A stretch of 10,366 nt of DNA from Octopus sinensis (Eukaryota): the NCBI RefSeq assembly GCF_006345805.1, contig NW_021827435.1, positions 1 to 10,366 on the forward strand, in the 5' to 3' direction. The notes under the pieces are model-generated. The model saw only the letters and a list, made by a program, of their open reading frames with translations, did no database searches and was not told the DNA's origin. The position numbers and the translations under genes were made by a program. Below are positions 8,137-10,366 of the stretch, in pieces. Each line of letters starts with the position of its first letter. Positions within the stretch are counted from its first letter, which is position 1.

Positions 8137-8140
8137 TGAT

Positions 8141-8194
8141 GATTATTATTATTATAATTAAATTATTATTATTATTATATTATTATTATTATTA

Positions 8195-8228
<34 letters not shown>
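8141..8228. repeat. (ATT)n / (TAA)n microsatellite
   Basis: Direct reading. Confidence 0.95.
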
Positions 8229-8229
<1 letters not shown>

Positions 8230-8231
8230 TT

Positions 8232-8323
8232 ATGTTTCTTGTTTGACTTTTGCTTTATATTGTACAAGCTGGCTCCAAGTCTCACCCAGAGACCTCAAGA
8301 GACAACAGGTTGGAAGTTCATGT
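8232..8323 (-). mobile_element. Probable 3' UTR fragment of a second (TAA)n-tailed non-LTR family
   Basis: Complex sequence wedged between two triplet arrays, abutting (TAA)n on the minus strand in the same polarity as the neighbouring R4-type copy. Family assignment is recollection and inference only. Confidence 0.35.
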
Positions 8324-8334
8324 TTTTGTTGAAA

Positions 8335-8390
8335 TTATCATCATCATCATCATCATCATCATCATTATCATCATTATTATTATTATTATT
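8335..8390. repeat. (ATC)n/(ATT)n array
   Basis: Direct reading; (ATT)6 at 8373-8390 is the tail of the R4-type element. Confidence 0.95.
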
Positions 8391-8824
8391 CAGTAGTTTA
8401 TTTTTATAGCGTGCTTTCATTTCACTACCGAGCGCAGTTCTGTGTGTGCTTGGTTATGTGCTGTGATTTGTTGTGATGCTCTGATGGTTATTGTATGGAA
8501 AGTGTTCTGCGTAGGATGTGTGCAGTGCTAGTAGTGTAATTTCTGTATGTTATATGTGTTTGTAAGTCTGGTGTTTTTGTTATGTATTTGTCTGAATATT
8601 TTTTTATCATGCCTAATGCGTCTACTATGATAGGAATTGTTCTGTTTTTAGATTCCACATTCGAGTTACCTCTATTTCCAGGTCTTTGTATTTTGAGAGT
8701 TTCTCCATTTCTTTTAGAGACACGTTGCCATCTGCTGGTATTGATACATCAATTAGAAAGCATTTTTTTTCTTCGTGATCTCTGACAACTATATCTGGTC
8801 TGTTGGCCTTAATTTCTCTATCGT
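8373..8824 (-). mobile_element. 5'-truncated R4/Dong-clade non-LTR retrotransposon (restriction-like endonuclease C-terminus, 3' UTR, (TAA)n tail)
   Basis: Minus strand DREIKANRPDIVVRDHEEKKCFLIDVSIPADGNVSLKEMEKLSKYKDLEIEVTRMWNLKTE (RPD 8801-8793, LIDVSIP 8756-8736). After frameshifts it continues IPIIVDALGMIKKYSDKYITKTP and AHILRRTLSIQ* (stop 8490-8488). This is the PD-(D/E)xK RLE signature of R4-clade elements. Confidence 0.88.
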
Positions 8825-8950
8825 CGTCGTCTTCTTCTTCTTCTTCTTCTTCTTCTTCTTCTTCTTCTTCTTCTTCTTCTTCTTCTTCTTCTTCTTCTTC
8901 TTCTTCTTCTTCTTCTTCTTCTTCTTCTTCTTCCTCCTCCTCCTCCTCCT
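8820..8950. repeat. (TCG)3-(CTT)34-(CCT)6 compound triplet repeat
   Basis: CTT run 8831-8932 and CCT run 8933-8950, counted by hand. Confidence 0.95.
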
Positions 8951-8969
8951 CCCCCCATCCAGCACCCAG

Positions 8970-9232
8970 CACCACCACCACCATTGTTTTAGCATCCATT
9001 TTTTTCCCATGCTTGCATCAGTCAGATGGAATTTGTTGAGACAGATTTTCTACACTTAGATGCCCTTCCTGTCACCTACCTTCACCTGTTTCCAAGCAAG
9101 GTAATATTTCTCCATGATTCCAAGAGACAATCTTGCAGAATAATGGAAATGAATGATACCGCTTGCATGGCAGTGACACACATTTACAACAAGCACACAA
9201 TATGAAGACAAGAAGACACTAACACACACACA
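8970..9232 (-). mobile_element. SINE/RTE-tail-type fragment with a degenerate (GGT)n tail
   Basis: Minus strand GGTAGGTGACAGGAAGGGCATCTAAGTGTAGAAAATCTG...GCAAGCATGGGAAAAAATGGATGCTAAAA shares the core and terminal motifs of the (GAT)n-tailed copies, but its upstream body differs (another subfamily). Confidence 0.65.
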
Positions 9233-9294
9233 CATTCATATATGTATATGTGTTTAAGTAGGTATGTGTGTATATGTGTGTGTATGTGTGTGAA

Positions 9295-9471
9295 GGCGCA
9301 TGGCTCAGTGGTTAGAGCGTTGGACTGACAATCACGAGTTCAATTCCCGGGCTGTATGTTGTGTTCTTGAGCAAGACACTTAATTTCATGTTGCTCCAGT
9401 TCACTCAGCTGTAGAAATGAGTTGTGACGTCACTGGTGCCAAGCTGTATTGGCCCCTTTGCCTTTCCCTTT
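9295..9471 (+). mobile_element. tRNA-derived CORE-type SINE, 3' part missing
   Basis: A box TGGCTCAGTGG (9301-9311), B box GTTCAATTCC (9338-9347), then GTGTTCTTGAGCAAGACACTTAATTTCATGTTGCTCCAGTTCACTCAGCTG (CORE-like, shared with the two minus-strand SINEs). The body after about 9420 differs from them. Confidence 0.85.
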
Positions 9472-9472
9472 G

Positions 9473-9955
9473 TCATCATTATTATTAGTTGCAGTCATTT
9501 GTCGTGACTATGACTGTTTGTGGCTTTGGCATAACTTGATAAGCTCTCTCTATACTGGTCAGTTTTTCACTTGGGTTTGCCATTTATTATGATCAGTTCC
9601 TTTCATATTCATTTCCTTTTTTTAGTATCTTCAAATCTCAATTTAGGTCTTCCCTGGTCTTCCCTGGTTTCTTTTCCCCTTTCATAGTTTGCAGTAAAGG
9701 ATACTGTTGTCCATCCTGTGTACATGGCCCGACCAACATAAATTTCTATCAATGAGAATTTCCCCCATAGGAGACAGACCAGCAAGCCATACGATCCCTT
9801 CATTCCTGATCTTATCAAACAGAATCATATTCGTAATTTGTCTCAACTGTTTCATCATGGATGCTTCTATCACTGGAAGAATAAATGTCAAAGATGACTT
9901 TAGCTGTGTTTGAACTTAGAATGCAAGGAGCCATAGACATACAAAGATACCACCA
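9473..9955 (-). mobile_element. 5'-truncated, decayed RTE-clade LINE 3' end
   Basis: Minus-strand fragments CILSS, LRQI, DKIRNE, RNLCWSGHVHRMD (about 9746-9708) and QGRPKLRFED (about 9656-9627) match the RTE C-terminal pattern (W.GHV.RM; GRP..RW.D). 3' stem-loop CAGTCAT/ATGACTG (9492-9498/9510-9516) and a short TAA/TGA tail (9473-9487). Confidence 0.85.
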
Positions 9956-10054
9956 GGTAGTTTGTCTGATACTTTTAGAATTTTACCATTCTACCACTGT
10001 GCACTCTTACTTATGACATAAGTGTATAACGTATAAGATATGAGGTGGTTCTAA

Positions 10055-10140
10055 AGAATAAAAGATAAAGAAGGAAGAGAGAGACAGACAGAGAGAAAGA
10101 AAGCAAAAAAGAATGATAGAGAGAGAGGGAACATAAAAGG
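10055..10140. repeat. (GA)/A-rich purine tract
   Basis: Direct reading. Confidence 0.8.
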
Positions 10141-10366
10141 AAAACTTTCTTATGCTCCCTTGTTAATAATCATTTCTACTTGAAAGGAGTTCAATGCTGG
10201 AAAAAGAAGTGCTCGTCCAGTAAGGTAATGACTCCACGAGGAGAACTGATGAAAGCTTGGTTATAGCCAGGTGGTAGAAATCAGTTGCCGAATAAATATG
10301 CACCGAGTCTACACCCTCCTCACCACCATTGCCACCAGCAACACCACCAGGTGGCGGCACTAAGCT

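Noticed and set aside
8775-9059. Poly-Phe, poly-Lys and poly-Ser ORFs
   Set aside because: Alternative frames of the (CTT)n tract.
6330-9350. tRNA genes at the A/B-box sites (6338-6400, 6680-6742, 9295-9350)
   Set aside because: No acceptor stem or full cloverleaf, and each continues into a SINE body.
10187-10224. Plus-strand mini-exon EFNAGKRSARPV with a neuropeptide-like GKR site
   Set aside because: Weak acceptor (TTGAAAG), a single GKR is expected by chance, and there is no precursor context.
10246-10290. Hammerhead on the plus strand (CTGATGA 10246-10252, GAAA 10277-10280)
   Set aside because: Stem II cannot close (A opposite A), and there is no UH site with stem I.

Overview
Repeat-dense, AT-rich eukaryotic non-coding DNA (intron or intergenic), very probably from an octopus or related cephalopod. 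That is my inference from the tRNA-headed CORE-type SINEs, (GAT)n-tailed RTE-type 3' ends and long TA/CA microsatellites, recognised from memory and not by database search. No intact host gene can be supported, and most ORFs in the track are microsatellite or antisense artefacts. Contents: a decayed CR1-like LINE ORF2 with its 3' end (1-2319), a 5'-truncated R4/Dong-type element with a restriction-like endonuclease motif (8373-8824), a truncated RTE LINE (9473-9955), three tRNA-derived SINEs, four (GAT)n-type tailed RTE-like 3' fragments, two fold-back (MITE-like) elements and many microsatellites. The best signal not explained by the ORF track is a complete type I hammerhead ribozyme fold on the minus strand (5260-5348). 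It has a self-complementary helix III, like the dimer-forming hammerheads of Penelope-like elements and retrozymes, but no Penelope ORF or second hammerhead is visible in the window. I cannot claim a new biological system from this window alone; the hammerhead-bearing unit and the two fold-back elements are the leads most worth testing.
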